Assembly: GCA_016176465.1 (NCBI GenBank)
Contig: JACOXD010000009.1
Span: 1-48,530, forward strand
Length of the DNA: 48,530 bases
Reading direction: 5' to 3'
DNA from: Candidatus Daviesbacteria bacterium
GTDB taxonomy: Bacteria; Patescibacteriota; Microgenomatia; Daviesbacterales; UBA10151
A program made the position numbers and the translations under genes. The notes beneath the pieces were generated by a model. That model did not search any database and had not been told where the DNA came from. It saw nothing but the letters and a program-made list of their open reading frames with translations. Of this stretch, positions 1 to 8,982 are shown in pieces; within the stretch, counting starts at the first letter, position 1, and every line of letters begins with the position of its first letter.

Positions 1-890
1 GAGAACTTAAAAAAATACTGCCTAAATTTTTGGATGTTGTAGATAATTCTCATGGAATAGGATACCAGGATTTTTTGAGAAAAACAGAAAGGAGTTTGGA
101 GTTAAGAGTTAGGAGTTTGGAGTTGAACAAAATTAGGCCTGAGAAGGTAGAAAGAGTTGAGCTGATAGTACTTCCTAAGGATCCAGAGATAACTATTGCT
201 GCAGCTTTGCTTTATCCATATTCCATACTGCCTTTAGGGCAAATTTTAAAATTAGTTTCCAAAATGAGCAAAAGCAAGGTCGGGGAAATTATTCATGATT
301 CCCTCAAATTTAGAACTAATAGGAGGCATAAACCCCCAAGGGCTTTTGAGTTGCCTGGGTATGATTTAGTGTTTGATATTTTGGGAAATTTTGGAATTTA
401 TAGGGATCTTCACAGGCAAAGAATATTAACCCAGCAAAGACAAAACTATACAACTATCCATGGTTTTGATATGCCTTTGGAGTTTAAGGAAAATAATTTA
501 GATAAGGAATTTGAAAGCTTAATGGGAAGGGTAAATAAAGCATATAAAAAAATCTTTGGTAAATTTCCAAAGGAAGCTCAATATGTAACTACAATGGCCA
601 ACTATACACGTTGGTATATGGGGATGAATTTAAGAGAAGCTTTTTGGTTAACAGAGTTAAGAAGTGTCCCTCAAGGCCATTTTTCTTATAGAACTATAGC
701 TCAAGATATGTTTTTAAAAGCCTCCAAAAGGTATCCTTTCTTAAAAAACCTAAAAGCTAACTTTGTAGATATGTCTGACAGATCTAAAAACTTAGAGAGA
801 ATGGAAGCAATGCAGCGAATCCAAGTAAAACTTTCTCAAATGAGCAAAGCTCCTTTCGATAGCTCTCAAGTAGAAGATAAGTACTCATAA
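1..890 (+). CDS. thyX: FAD-dependent thymidylate synthase ThyX-like protein, 5'-partial
   Basis: Frame is open from the window edge; ThyX-like motifs YRDLHRQR, MNLREAFWLTELRS, GHFSYR. Confidence 0.75.
   Translation, partial: ELKKILPKFLDVVDNSHGIGYQDFLRKTERSLELRVRSLELNKIRPEKVERVELIVLPKDPEITIAAALLYPYSILPLGQILKLVSKMSKSKVGEIIHDSLKFRTNRRHKPPRAFELPGYDLVFDILGNFGIYRDLHRQRILTQQRQNYTTIHGFDMPLEFKENNLDKEFESLMGRVNKAYKKIFGKFPKEAQYVTTMANYTRWYMGMNLREAFWLTELRSVPQGHFSYRTIAQDMFLKASKRYPFLKNLKANFVDMSDRSKNLERMEAMQRIQVKLSQMSKAPFDSSQVEDKYS
91..125 (+). repeat. 5x heptamer tandem repeat (GGAGTTT/GGAGTTA/AGAGTTA) inside thyX
   Basis: ggagttt ggagtta agagtta ggagttt ggagttg, encoding RSLELRVRSLEL. Confidence 0.8.
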
Positions 891-958
891 ATCTTTATTG
901 AATTTTCTATAGATAGAAGTGTGCGAAAGATAAAAGATGTGAGAATATAAATGGAAGA

Positions 959-994
959 GGTGACAAATAAGAGCTATAGCAATATATTGTCACC
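959..994. repeat. 36-bp dyad site U1, upstream of PaaX/Cas2-like gene 1
   Basis: ggtgacaa..gctatagc..ttgtcacc; arms and core are centred on 976.5. Confidence 0.85.
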
Positions 995-1035
995 CTATGA
1001 AATTAGTGTTATTTTAAAGGTATGAATTTAAAGTT

Positions 1036-1590
1036 ATGAGCAAACTACTGAATCCAACCGCTAAGGAAACCCTTAAATTGATAGGTCTTGGAAGTTTGGT
1101 CATTGCTTCCTTTGCAGCTCCTGGTTTACCACTTGCCTTTAACTTTGTTTCTAAAGAATGGAAAAAGTATAAGCGAAAGGAATTGGGTAGAATAATAAAA
1201 CGTTTTACTGAACAAGAAGTAGTTAGCTTTAGAGAAGAGAACGGAAAACAAGTTATTGGGTTAACTGAAAAAGGTAGGAGTAGACTATTATCTTATGATT
1301 TTGAGAATCTCCAACTTAAATCTAAAAGAAGAGATGGATTATTTAGAGTGCTGGTTTTTGATATTCCTGAAAATAAGAAAAAGAACAGAGAATTATTTAG
1401 GCAAAAGCTAAAAGAATTAGGTTTTATCAGGATGCAAGATAGTGTGTTTGTATCTGCTTTTCCTTGTAAAGATGAAATAGATTTTATTTGTAACTATCTT
1501 GGAATCTCTCGACACGTCACATTATTTTCCATTAGAAAAATTGAAAGAGGAGAAGAATTAATTTTTAAAAAATCTCATATGAAAGCATAA
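1036..1590 (+). CDS. PaaX-like protein (wHTH plus Cas2-like ferredoxin fold), copy 1
   Basis: LTEKG wing; DGLFRVLVFDIPE, LKELGFIRMQDSVFV; paralog at 19982. Confidence 0.8.
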   Translation: MSKLLNPTAKETLKLIGLGSLVIASFAAPGLPLAFNFVSKEWKKYKRKELGRIIKRFTEQEVVSFREENGKQVIGLTEKGRSRLLSYDFENLQLKSKRRDGLFRVLVFDIPENKKKNRELFRQKLKELGFIRMQDSVFVSAFPCKDEIDFICNYLGISRHVTLFSIRKIERGEELIFKKSHMKA

Positions 1591-1627
1591 CTTGTTGGTG
1601 GATAATTTGATTATTTAATTTTTAAAG

Positions 1628-1663
1628 TGATACAAAGATAAGCTATAGCATTTTTGTGTATCA
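1628..1663. repeat. 36-bp dyad site D1, downstream of PaaX/Cas2-like gene 1
   Basis: tgataca..gctatagc..tgtatca centred on 1645.5; 23/36 identical to U1 with the same core. Confidence 0.85.
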
Positions 1664-1722
1664 TATAGAAATTAGGATGATATAATAAAAATGCCAAAAG
1701 AAAATATGGGCTTTAAAAACTG

Positions 1723-2130
1723 ATGAACTATATTCAAATAATCCTCAATGGTTTTAGCCAAGTTATGTTTCAAAAAAATGCAATGCTTGGAATTTTGATG
1801 ATTTTAGGATTACTAATTGCATCTCCCCAAACCTTCGTCTTAGCTTTACTTGGAAATATTATCACTACATTTACCGGATCTTTATTGGGGGTAGAAAGAA
1901 ATGCTTTGGATGCTGGGTTTGCAGGATATAATGGGGTTTTAATTGGAGCTGGAATATCTTTTTATATTAAAGATTTTAGTATGGCATTTCTACTTACTAT
2001 TTTAGGCTCAATTATCGTCTCTATTTTATTTTATCTACTTTTTAAAAATAATATACCACCTCTTGCAGCCCCCTTTGTTTTAATTACCTGGGGAATTTTA
2101 ATAGCCTTGAAATTTATTAAATTAAATTAA
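1723..2130 (+). CDS. Urea transporter (UT) family protein, single repeat (half size)
   Basis: GFSQVMFQ.N, G..GYNGVLIG, PPLAAPFVL motifs; hydrophobic; 135 aa. Confidence 0.75.
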   Translation: MNYIQIILNGFSQVMFQKNAMLGILMILGLLIASPQTFVLALLGNIITTFTGSLLGVERNALDAGFAGYNGVLIGAGISFYIKDFSMAFLLTILGSIIVSILFYLLFKNNIPPLAAPFVLITWGILIALKFIKLN

Positions 2131-2132
2131 TT

Positions 2133-2633
2133 ATGTCAGCAATTGAGGGTCAACCAAAATTAATGAAAGATGTCCAAAGAATAGATGGACCTCGGGAACA
2201 AGTTATACAAACTGATGAAGATTTAGACAGAATAGTAGAGGAGCCTTTAAGACCAATAATTAGGGCGCTGTTAGATAAAGGAATAGATGGAGTTATAGAA
2301 ACAAGTGCTAATCCAGAGAGAGCTGATGCTGCCTGGATTTATCTAGACCCAGATAAATTATCACCAGAAAATGATGAAGTCCTAACAGATATACAATATG
2401 ACCCTGACTATGGATTACATGAAGATCAAACAGGAGTGTTGGTTGAACATAAGGAGATGAAAGGACATGATAGTTATTATGGAAGGTTTGTATGGAGCAT
2501 ATACACAGACTTCTTACCTACTGAGCCAGTTGGTGCAGTTACATCCAGAATTGCTAAAGTAACAAACCAACTAAAACCTCAAGGTTCTTCCTTACTTAGC
2601 GCGCCAGCGGCGCCCCACCCCGAACAAACATAG
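2133..2633 (+). CDS. Hypothetical acidic protein
   Basis: 166-aa ORF 2 nt after the previous stop; no motif recognised. Confidence 0.6.
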   Translation: MSAIEGQPKLMKDVQRIDGPREQVIQTDEDLDRIVEEPLRPIIRALLDKGIDGVIETSANPERADAAWIYLDPDKLSPENDEVLTDIQYDPDYGLHEDQTGVLVEHKEMKGHDSYYGRFVWSIYTDFLPTEPVGAVTSRIAKVTNQLKPQGSSLLSAPAAPHPEQT

Positions 2634-3837
2634 TTAATCTTAGATCAGCCATAAGCTTATTTAATAAACCCCTGTATAATTCTTGATCATAGGGAGTAGA
2701 GTACCACCCACTATCAAACTTTCTTACGACTGCAGTTTTTCCAAGTAGCCTCTCTATCCCTTCTCTTTCTACAGGATCATCAGGAAGTTTGGTTGTTATA
2801 ATATTTATTAGAGCAAAAATAGGATATTCCTTTTGCCAACCTGATGAGAGTTGAGCAATATTGTGATATTTTCGCGTAGAATAAGGATCATCCAGCGAAT
2901 GCACTAATACTGAGATGGCATCATCATCAACAGTAACAATGGCTGGAGAATAATTTTCTGAAGGACTAAGTCCGATAATTTCGGGAATATAATGATAAAG
3001 CCTGTACCAATTTGTAGATGGAACAATTTTTAAAACATCTGAATCTGATGGGACCTGCATTTTCTCAAAGATATCCGCTATGGAAGTTGGATGAACTCCC
3101 ACTGGGAAAAATCCGGCAAATCTAGAGGCTTGTGCTGGAATTTCAAATCTATCAGGAGTAGTTATTATCACATTTAGCCTTGCAGTTCTTTCAACATCAA
3201 ACCCTTGCTGTCCTTCAGGAAATGCATTTCTAACTTTATCTGCTACTTCTTTTTTCTTGGCTTTAGCTTTTTGAGAAGTTCTTTTAACAAAAGATTCTAC
3301 GGTCTCACTGGGATCAATAGGTGCCTCATTCAACCAAAGTTGAAGTTGTCCCAGATATATATTCCAAGGAGCAATCTCTTCTTGTTCTCCTTCCTGAGTT
3401 TCTTCTGCTTCTTCAACTACCTCCACAACTGATGGAGGCATATTAAATTCATTAGGACCAACCACTACAGGTGTGTAAGTTCCCATCCTTGAAAACCTTA
3501 CTTCTGAAGTAGATAAAGTAAATTTGGGTTTACCTTCCTCATCAAGCTCCACAATAGAGGCAAATAATCCATACTTATCTGGAGTTTTGCCTTCACCCCT
3601 ATCTTCTCTTTTACTGATACATATTAAACGTCTTGTGTCTGGGTCTAGTATGTAGATTGGATGCTCAGGCATTAAAGTTTCAGGGGGAGTTTCTAATCTT
3701 TCTCTGGTAATTCTTTCAATTGCAGCCCCTGCCACTAATTTTAGTGAGGTTCTGATTGGGGACTGTGCAGCCACAACAAGAGGACCAGGAGTAAACCCTG
3801 GTCTTCTTTGTAAAGCGTTTTCATCATCTCGATTCAT
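2596..3837 (-). CDS. Hypothetical protein
   Basis: 413-aa ORF; no motif recognised. Confidence 0.7.
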   Translation of the reverse strand: MNRDDENALQRRPGFTPGPLVVAAQSPIRTSLKLVAGAAIERITRERLETPPETLMPEHPIYILDPDTRRLICISKREDRGEGKTPDKYGLFASIVELDEEGKPKFTLSTSEVRFSRMGTYTPVVVGPNEFNMPPSVVEVVEEAEETQEGEQEEIAPWNIYLGQLQLWLNEAPIDPSETVESFVKRTSQKAKAKKKEVADKVRNAFPEGQQGFDVERTARLNVIITTPDRFEIPAQASRFAGFFPVGVHPTSIADIFEKMQVPSDSDVLKIVPSTNWYRLYHYIPEIIGLSPSENYSPAIVTVDDDAISVLVHSLDDPYSTRKYHNIAQLSSGWQKEYPIFALINIITTKLPDDPVEREGIERLLGKTAVVRKFDSGWYSTPYDQELYRGLLNKLMADLRLTMFVRGGAPLAR

Positions 3838-4001
3838 AGAGAACGATCATACCTCAACTATAGGATTAAATCAATAGTTTCTGAATTGATTAATAATTAT
3901 TCTTAAGCTAATCTGTTAAAAATGGATATCCAAATTAGAGAGTATAAAAACTTGGATAAAAAGATTTTACTTAAATTAATTGATGGAAAAACTAAATAGA
4001 G

Positions 4002-4379
4002 ATGGCTATTGAATATTATCTAGGCTTGCCAGAAGGCGAGATATTAGTATTACTTAAGGATGGCAAGCCAGTTTATAGAAGTAGAAAACTTAGGTTATTT
4101 GAAAACTCATGGGGGTGTGAATATCCAGAAGGATGTGGTGTTGTAGATATAAAGAGTTTAACTATTGACCATTTTACTCCAAAAAGTATAGCCAAGTTTT
4201 TGGGATGGAATCGCAAGAAAATAGGAGCAGATGAGAATTGCCAACTACTTTGTGAGGCGCATCATAGGCAAAAAGATGTGGATAGTGCGTGGAGAAAACA
4301 AATAGTAACAGAAAATGGTGGAGCTATTCCAATGGAGGTATTTTTAAACTCCAAGCTTGCTAAAGTTGAGGCAGCCTGA
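4002..4379 (+). CDS. HNH endonuclease-like protein
   Basis: CEYPEGC, LTIDHFTP, ENCQLLCEAHH.KD. Confidence 0.7.
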   Translation: MAIEYYLGLPEGEILVLLKDGKPVYRSRKLRLFENSWGCEYPEGCGVVDIKSLTIDHFTPKSIAKFLGWNRKKIGADENCQLLCEAHHRQKDVDSAWRKQIVTENGGAIPMEVFLNSKLAKVEAA

Positions 4380-4505
4380 TAAAATAGGCACATCAAACAT
4401 CTATTAGCTTAGTTTTCCTAATGCTTACTTGCTAATAAGCGAAAGCTTGATTCGCTAAAAGCGAATTAGAGGTGGATAAGGAAAATAGTTGCATTCTTTT
4501 GAAAA

Positions 4506-4590
4506 TGTCATCCTGAGGCTCGGGCCCCTTTAGGGAAGAAGGATCTTTAGATTAGGTCTTTAGATTCTTCACTTTCAGTTCAGAATGACA
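4506..4590. repeat. Palindromic element family A (TGTCATCCTGA...TCAGAATGACA), intergenic in rpsB leader
   Basis: Terminal inverted repeats plus inner gaaggatct/agattcttc stem; other copies at 13032, 15563, 25627, 27501. Confidence 0.9.
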
Positions 4591-4600
4591 AGTTGCACTT

Positions 4601-5482
4601 ATGGCATTAAACGTACCTAGTATGCAAGATTTATTAACTGCAGGTGTTCATTTTGGACACCAAGTTCGCCGTGGACATCCCAGGATGTCTCAATTTGTTT
4701 ATGGAGCTAGGGATGGAGTCCAAATTATTGATTTGGCAAAAACTGAAAGCAAATTAAAAGAGGCTGCTGAGTTTGTTTATAATTTAGGAAAATCTGGTGG
4801 AGTATTACTTGTAGTTGGTACAAAAAAACAATCCAGAGAAATAGTAGAACAATTATCCAAAGAAGCGGATACTCCTTTTATGAATGATCATTGGGTAGGA
4901 GGCTTGCTAACTAATTTTGATGAGATTAAAAAAAATCTAAAGAGATTAAATGATTTAAAGGAGGAACAAGCAACAGGGTCACTTTCCAGGTATACCAAAA
5001 GAGAGCAACTCTTAATTGCCAGAAAATTGCAAAAATATGAGCGTGATTTTGGAGGAGTTGCTAACTTAGTCAAACTTCCAGATGCTTTATTTGTAATAGA
5101 TACTGTTTCAGATAATATTGCTGTTAAGGAGGCATCTGTCTTGGGGATTAAAGTTGTGGGTTTTGCTGATTCTAATTCTAATCCTGATTTGCTAGATTAC
5201 CCTATCCCTGCTAATGATGATGGAATTAAATCAATTAAAATAATTTCTGAAACTATTATTAAATCCTATGGGGAAGGCAAAAAGGTAGGAGGAGTAACTG
5301 TTGCTAAAGTAGAGGAAGCTAAATCTGAGAATGAGGCAACAAAAAAGGAGAAAAGTCCTTCGACTCAAAACGCTCAGGATAAAGAAGAAGCAAAATTAGA
5401 TGAGGCGGTAGCTGAGGAGGCAGCAGCAATAGAGGAAGTGGTGGAGAAAAAAGCAGTAGAGGAATCTGAGAGGAAAGTTTAA
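4601..5482 (+). CDS. rpsB: 30S ribosomal protein S2
   Basis: LLTAGVHFGH, IPANDD motifs; followed by tsf. Confidence 0.98.
   Translation: MALNVPSMQDLLTAGVHFGHQVRRGHPRMSQFVYGARDGVQIIDLAKTESKLKEAAEFVYNLGKSGGVLLVVGTKKQSREIVEQLSKEADTPFMNDHWVGGLLTNFDEIKKNLKRLNDLKEEQATGSLSRYTKREQLLIARKLQKYERDFGGVANLVKLPDALFVIDTVSDNIAVKEASVLGIKVVGFADSNSNPDLLDYPIPANDDGIKSIKIISETIIKSYGEGKKVGGVTVAKVEEAKSENEATKKEKSPSTQNAQDKEEAKLDEAVAEEAAAIEEVVEKKAVEESERKV
5356..5379 (+). repeat. Family B short palindrome in the rpsB C-terminal tail
   Basis: tccttcgactcaaaacgctcagga matches TCCTTCGAC..GCTCAGGA. Confidence 0.7.
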
Positions 5483-5487
5483 GGTAA

Positions 5488-5537
5488 GTTCTCGGCTACG
5501 CTCGAACAAAAAATTATCTTCGACCGAAGTGGAGAAG
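5488..5537. repeat. Inverted pair of 20-bp REP-like units between rpsB and tsf
   Basis: gttctcggctacgctcgaac versus the reverse complement of 5518-5537 (cttctccacttcggtcgaag), 14/20. Confidence 0.55.
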
Positions 5538-5548
5538 TACAAAATATT

Positions 5549-6007
5549 ATGGCAATAAGTATTGGTGACATTAAAAAATTAAGAGGAGAAACAGGGGCAG
5601 GAATTGCCAACTGTCGGGCTGCACTAAATGATAGTAATGGGGATTTTAATAAAGCAAAAGAGATTTTGAAACAAAAAGGGCTAGATAAAGCAGCAGAAAA
5701 ATTTGATAGGGAAGTCAAAGCAGGAGTGGTGGAAACATATTCTCATGGAGGCAAAGTAGGAGTTATAGTTGAAGTTTTATGCGAGAGCGATTTTGTCGCT
5801 AAAACAGATGAATTTAAAAACTTGGCTCATGAATTAGCGCTCCAGGTAGCTTCTATGAAACCAGAAAGTGTTTCTGATTTATTAGCCCAAGAATATATCA
5901 GGGATAACTCTTTAACTGTAGATGGCCTAATTAAAGGAGTCGTTAGTAAACTGGGAGAAAATATTCAAGTTGGCAGATTTGAAAGAGTAGAATTAGGAGG
6001 AAAATAA
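5549..6007 (+). CDS. tsf: Elongation factor Ts, short form
   Basis: IKKLRGETGAG, CESDFVAK, GENIQVGRF. Confidence 0.95.
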   Translation: MAISIGDIKKLRGETGAGIANCRAALNDSNGDFNKAKEILKQKGLDKAAEKFDREVKAGVVETYSHGGKVGVIVEVLCESDFVAKTDEFKNLAHELALQVASMKPESVSDLLAQEYIRDNSLTVDGLIKGVVSKLGENIQVGRFERVELGGK

Positions 6008-6345
6008 TGCCAGGAAGAATAGAAAGCGCAGAACAATCATTAAGAAATGTTCCTCAAACAGATGGTGTGAGAAGAGTGGCAGAGGTTACAATTGATGGGA
6101 ACGCCCATTGTGTACACTATGAAAATACAGAGCTTGGAAGAGCGATTGTAGTTGATGGTGATGGAGTCTCATTTGCTGGTTGGGATAGAGATAATCCCAG
6201 AGTCTCATTGAATGATTTAAATCGTCAAATTGATCTGAGAGAAGTTATGGCCAGTCAGGAGAAGTTATTTCCTGATTTACTTTCACCTGATATCAGAGCT
6301 AAAGTTGAGGCACTAAAACATGGACCCGGTACTAAACGAAGCTAA
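6007..6345 (+). CDS. Hypothetical protein at the usual pyrH position
   Basis: TAATG coupling to tsf, AGGAGG upstream, overlaps the frr start. Confidence 0.6.
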   Translation: MPGRIESAEQSLRNVPQTDGVRRVAEVTIDGNAHCVHYENTELGRAIVVDGDGVSFAGWDRDNPRVSLNDLNRQIDLREVMASQEKLFPDLLSPDIRAKVEALKHGPGTKRS

Positions 6346-6874
6346 TCAGCGAATTCAAAATGCTCTTAACCACTTAAAAAAAGAGCTCTCAACTATTAGG
6401 GCGGGAAGAGCTAATCCCACCTTAATTGAAGAGATCCCGGTTAATGCATACGGTGCCAAAATGAAGCTGTTGGAAGTAGGAACAATTACAACTCCCCAAC
6501 CCTCACTTTTAACAGTCCAGGTTTGGGATCCCTCTTTAGTTAAGGATGTAGAAAAAGCTATCTTAGAAGCAAACATTGGTTTGATGCCATCAGTTGATGG
6601 ACAAGTTGTTAGACTGCCTATTCCTCCTTTAACGCAGGAGCGCAGGGAAGAGTATGTTAAGCAAACCCATCAAAAAGGGGAAGTAACCAGAGTGGAGATG
6701 CGCCAAATCAGAGCAGATATAAGAGGAGCTTGGGAAAAAGCTAAAGATGCAGGAGATTTTGGTGAAGATGAACTATTTAGAAGAGAAAAACTGCTCCAAG
6801 AGTTAATAAACAAGATGAGTGTTTTAATAGATGAATTAGTTAAAGCCAAAGAAGAAGAACTTAAGCAAATTTAA
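6320..6874 (+). CDS. frr: Ribosome recycling factor
   Basis: IRAGRANP, IPPLTQERR. Confidence 0.97.
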   Translation: MDPVLNEANQRIQNALNHLKKELSTIRAGRANPTLIEEIPVNAYGAKMKLLEVGTITTPQPSLLTVQVWDPSLVKDVEKAILEANIGLMPSVDGQVVRLPIPPLTQERREEYVKQTHQKGEVTRVEMRQIRADIRGAWEKAKDAGDFGEDELFRREKLLQELINKMSVLIDELVKAKEEELKQI

Positions 6875-6878
6875 AATC

Positions 6879-8030
6879 ATGTTTTTTTCTATTGCATTTA
6901 CAGTTATTTTAATAATTGTTACTTTACTTATTTTAGTTGTGATCCATGAGATGGGTCACTATTTAGCTGCTAAAAAATTTAATATTAAAGTTTTAGAGTT
7001 TGGGTTTGGAATTCCGCCCAGAGCCTGGGGTAAAAAAATTGGGGAAACAATTTATTCCCTAAATTGGTTACCTTTGGGAGGTTTTGTTAGGTTATTGGGT
7101 GAGGATGAGGTGGATAAAGCGGTTTTGGAAAATGAGAGAAGTTTTGCAGCTGCATCTGTTTCAAAAAGGATAGTGGTTGCGCTAGCAGGTGTAGTAATGA
7201 ATTTATTTTTAGCTTGGGTATTGTTTTATTTGGTACTAGTTTCATCTGGTTTTAAAACGCAATTTCCTAAACTATTTGATCATCAATTTATAGGCGCTAA
7301 GTACTCAACTGAGAAAATGGTGATTATAAATGATGTGGCAAAAAATTCACCCGCTAAGAGCGCAGGATTAAAAGTAGGAGAAAGAATAATTGCAATAAAT
7401 GATAAATTTATAAAAGATGATTTGGATTTTATTAAAAAAGTTAAAGAAAATGCTGGTAAAAAAATTACTTTAACAACTTCCGATATTAAACAAACAAAGT
7501 TTAAAAGATTGGATTTAACCCCCAGAGTAAATCCCCCTAAAGATGAGGGGGCACTGGGAGTAGGCATAGGATATTTAGAAGCATACAATTTGGAATATAG
7601 AGAAGACTGGCAAAAAACTTTGGCAGGTCCAATTCACAGTGTGAATATTGCAACTTATACATTTAATATTTTAAGTAAAACAATTTCCATGTCTTTGGTA
7701 AAAAAAGATATTGCCCCTCTTTCCCAAAGTGTGGGAAGTCCGATTGCCATTGGTTTTATCTCCTATGAAATTTTGCAGGAATCTAACCCCATAATCCCTT
7801 ATTTAGAACTGGTAGCACTCATTTCTTTAAGCTTGGCAATTTTTAATATCTTACCCATTCCTGCTTTGGATGGAGGAAGGTTATTTTTCTTATTTGTAGA
7901 AGCACTAACTAGAAAAAAAATAAATCCTTCTTTTGAGAGAGTGGTTCACAACATTGGTATGATTGTATTACTTATATTATTTTTCCTGGTTATTCAAAAA
8001 GATATCAACCAATTTATCCTCAGGCGCTAG
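6879..8030 (+). CDS. rseP: Site-2 intramembrane metalloprotease (M50) with PDZ domain
   Basis: HEMGH, PLGGFV, NILPIPALDGG. Confidence 0.93.
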   Translation: MFFSIAFTVILIIVTLLILVVIHEMGHYLAAKKFNIKVLEFGFGIPPRAWGKKIGETIYSLNWLPLGGFVRLLGEDEVDKAVLENERSFAAASVSKRIVVALAGVVMNLFLAWVLFYLVLVSSGFKTQFPKLFDHQFIGAKYSTEKMVIINDVAKNSPAKSAGLKVGERIIAINDKFIKDDLDFIKKVKENAGKKITLTTSDIKQTKFKRLDLTPRVNPPKDEGALGVGIGYLEAYNLEYREDWQKTLAGPIHSVNIATYTFNILSKTISMSLVKKDIAPLSQSVGSPIAIGFISYEILQESNPIIPYLELVALISLSLAIFNILPIPALDGGRLFFLFVEALTRKKINPSFERVVHNIGMIVLLILFFLVIQKDINQFILRR

Positions 8031-8063
8031 ACATTTTGTTTTACTTCTTGTAACAATTAACTA

Positions 8064-8804
8064 ATGGGTAAAATATTAAGCATTATCTTTCTGATAATTG
8101 CTATTTTTCTTTTTCCTCCAGCAGTTTTGGCAGGAATTTCTCAAAATGCTATTCCAGGTGACTCGCTTTATCCCATTAAAAGAGCGATGGAGAAGGGGGT
8201 CCTAACTTTAGTTTCAATCCATCCTACCACTAAAGCTTGGTTTTCCATAGATTATTCAGGTAGAAGATTCTCTGAAGCAACTAGGCTTATTACTAAAGGG
8301 GAAAATATTCAGGCAAAAAAGTCTCTTAATGAGCTTGTTTCTCAAACTAGTGAGGTAGCTAGTGCCATAACAACTATTAAAAACCAAGCTCAAAAAAGAA
8401 AGTTATTAGCAGAGCTTAATAGGTCTATAAATGAGTACCAAGAGGGTTTAACACAAGCAAAACAGCAGGCTATAGTAACAAGTGGTGCTGGTACTACTTC
8501 CACAACAAGTCCACCACTTGCAACCCAACCCACCCAGCCGGATGCTACCCTAGAGCCCGCTTCAACTCCTCAACAATCCCCAACAACCACTTCTAGTTTA
8601 TCAGATCAAAGCATAGGAGATAATATTGAAGAAACGATCAAAGAGTTAGATGAGATAGAAGAAACACTCAAAGAGGAAGAGGGTAATCTGGATTTTTTAG
8701 AGGATGATGAGGGGGATGACAGAGTAAATAGAGGGAGAGGAGATGGAGATGAAAGAGGTAGAGGTGATAAGATTGAGGGTAAAGGTAAAGGAAGAGATGA
8801 TTAA
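8064..8804 (+). CDS. DUF5667-like exported protein
   Basis: Signal-like N-terminus, PGDSLYPIKR, Thr/Pro/Ser linker, charged tail. Confidence 0.65.
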   Translation: MGKILSIIFLIIAIFLFPPAVLAGISQNAIPGDSLYPIKRAMEKGVLTLVSIHPTTKAWFSIDYSGRRFSEATRLITKGENIQAKKSLNELVSQTSEVASAITTIKNQAQKRKLLAELNRSINEYQEGLTQAKQQAIVTSGAGTTSTTSPPLATQPTQPDATLEPASTPQQSPTTTSSLSDQSIGDNIEETIKELDEIEETLKEEEGNLDFLEDDEGDDRVNRGRGDGDERGRGDKIEGKGKGRDD

Positions 8805-8862
8805 TTTTAGGATTTGTGATATTATATGTTAAAGTCATTGATGGAGTTTCCCGCTCCATCAA

Positions 8863-8887
8863 TCCTCCGAAGCAATGCGTAGGAGGA
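8863..8887 (-). repeat. Family C palindrome inside the T-box leader
   Basis: tcctccgaagcaatgcgtaggagga; its reverse complement starts tcctcctacg, identical to dnaX 15639-15648. Confidence 0.6.
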
Positions 8888-8982
8888 GGGCTGAGTACGA
8901 AAACCTTTTAAGGATTAAGTACATCCGTTGATAACGTAATAATCTAAAATCAAGAAGCAAGCCAGGTGGTACCACGAAGTTA

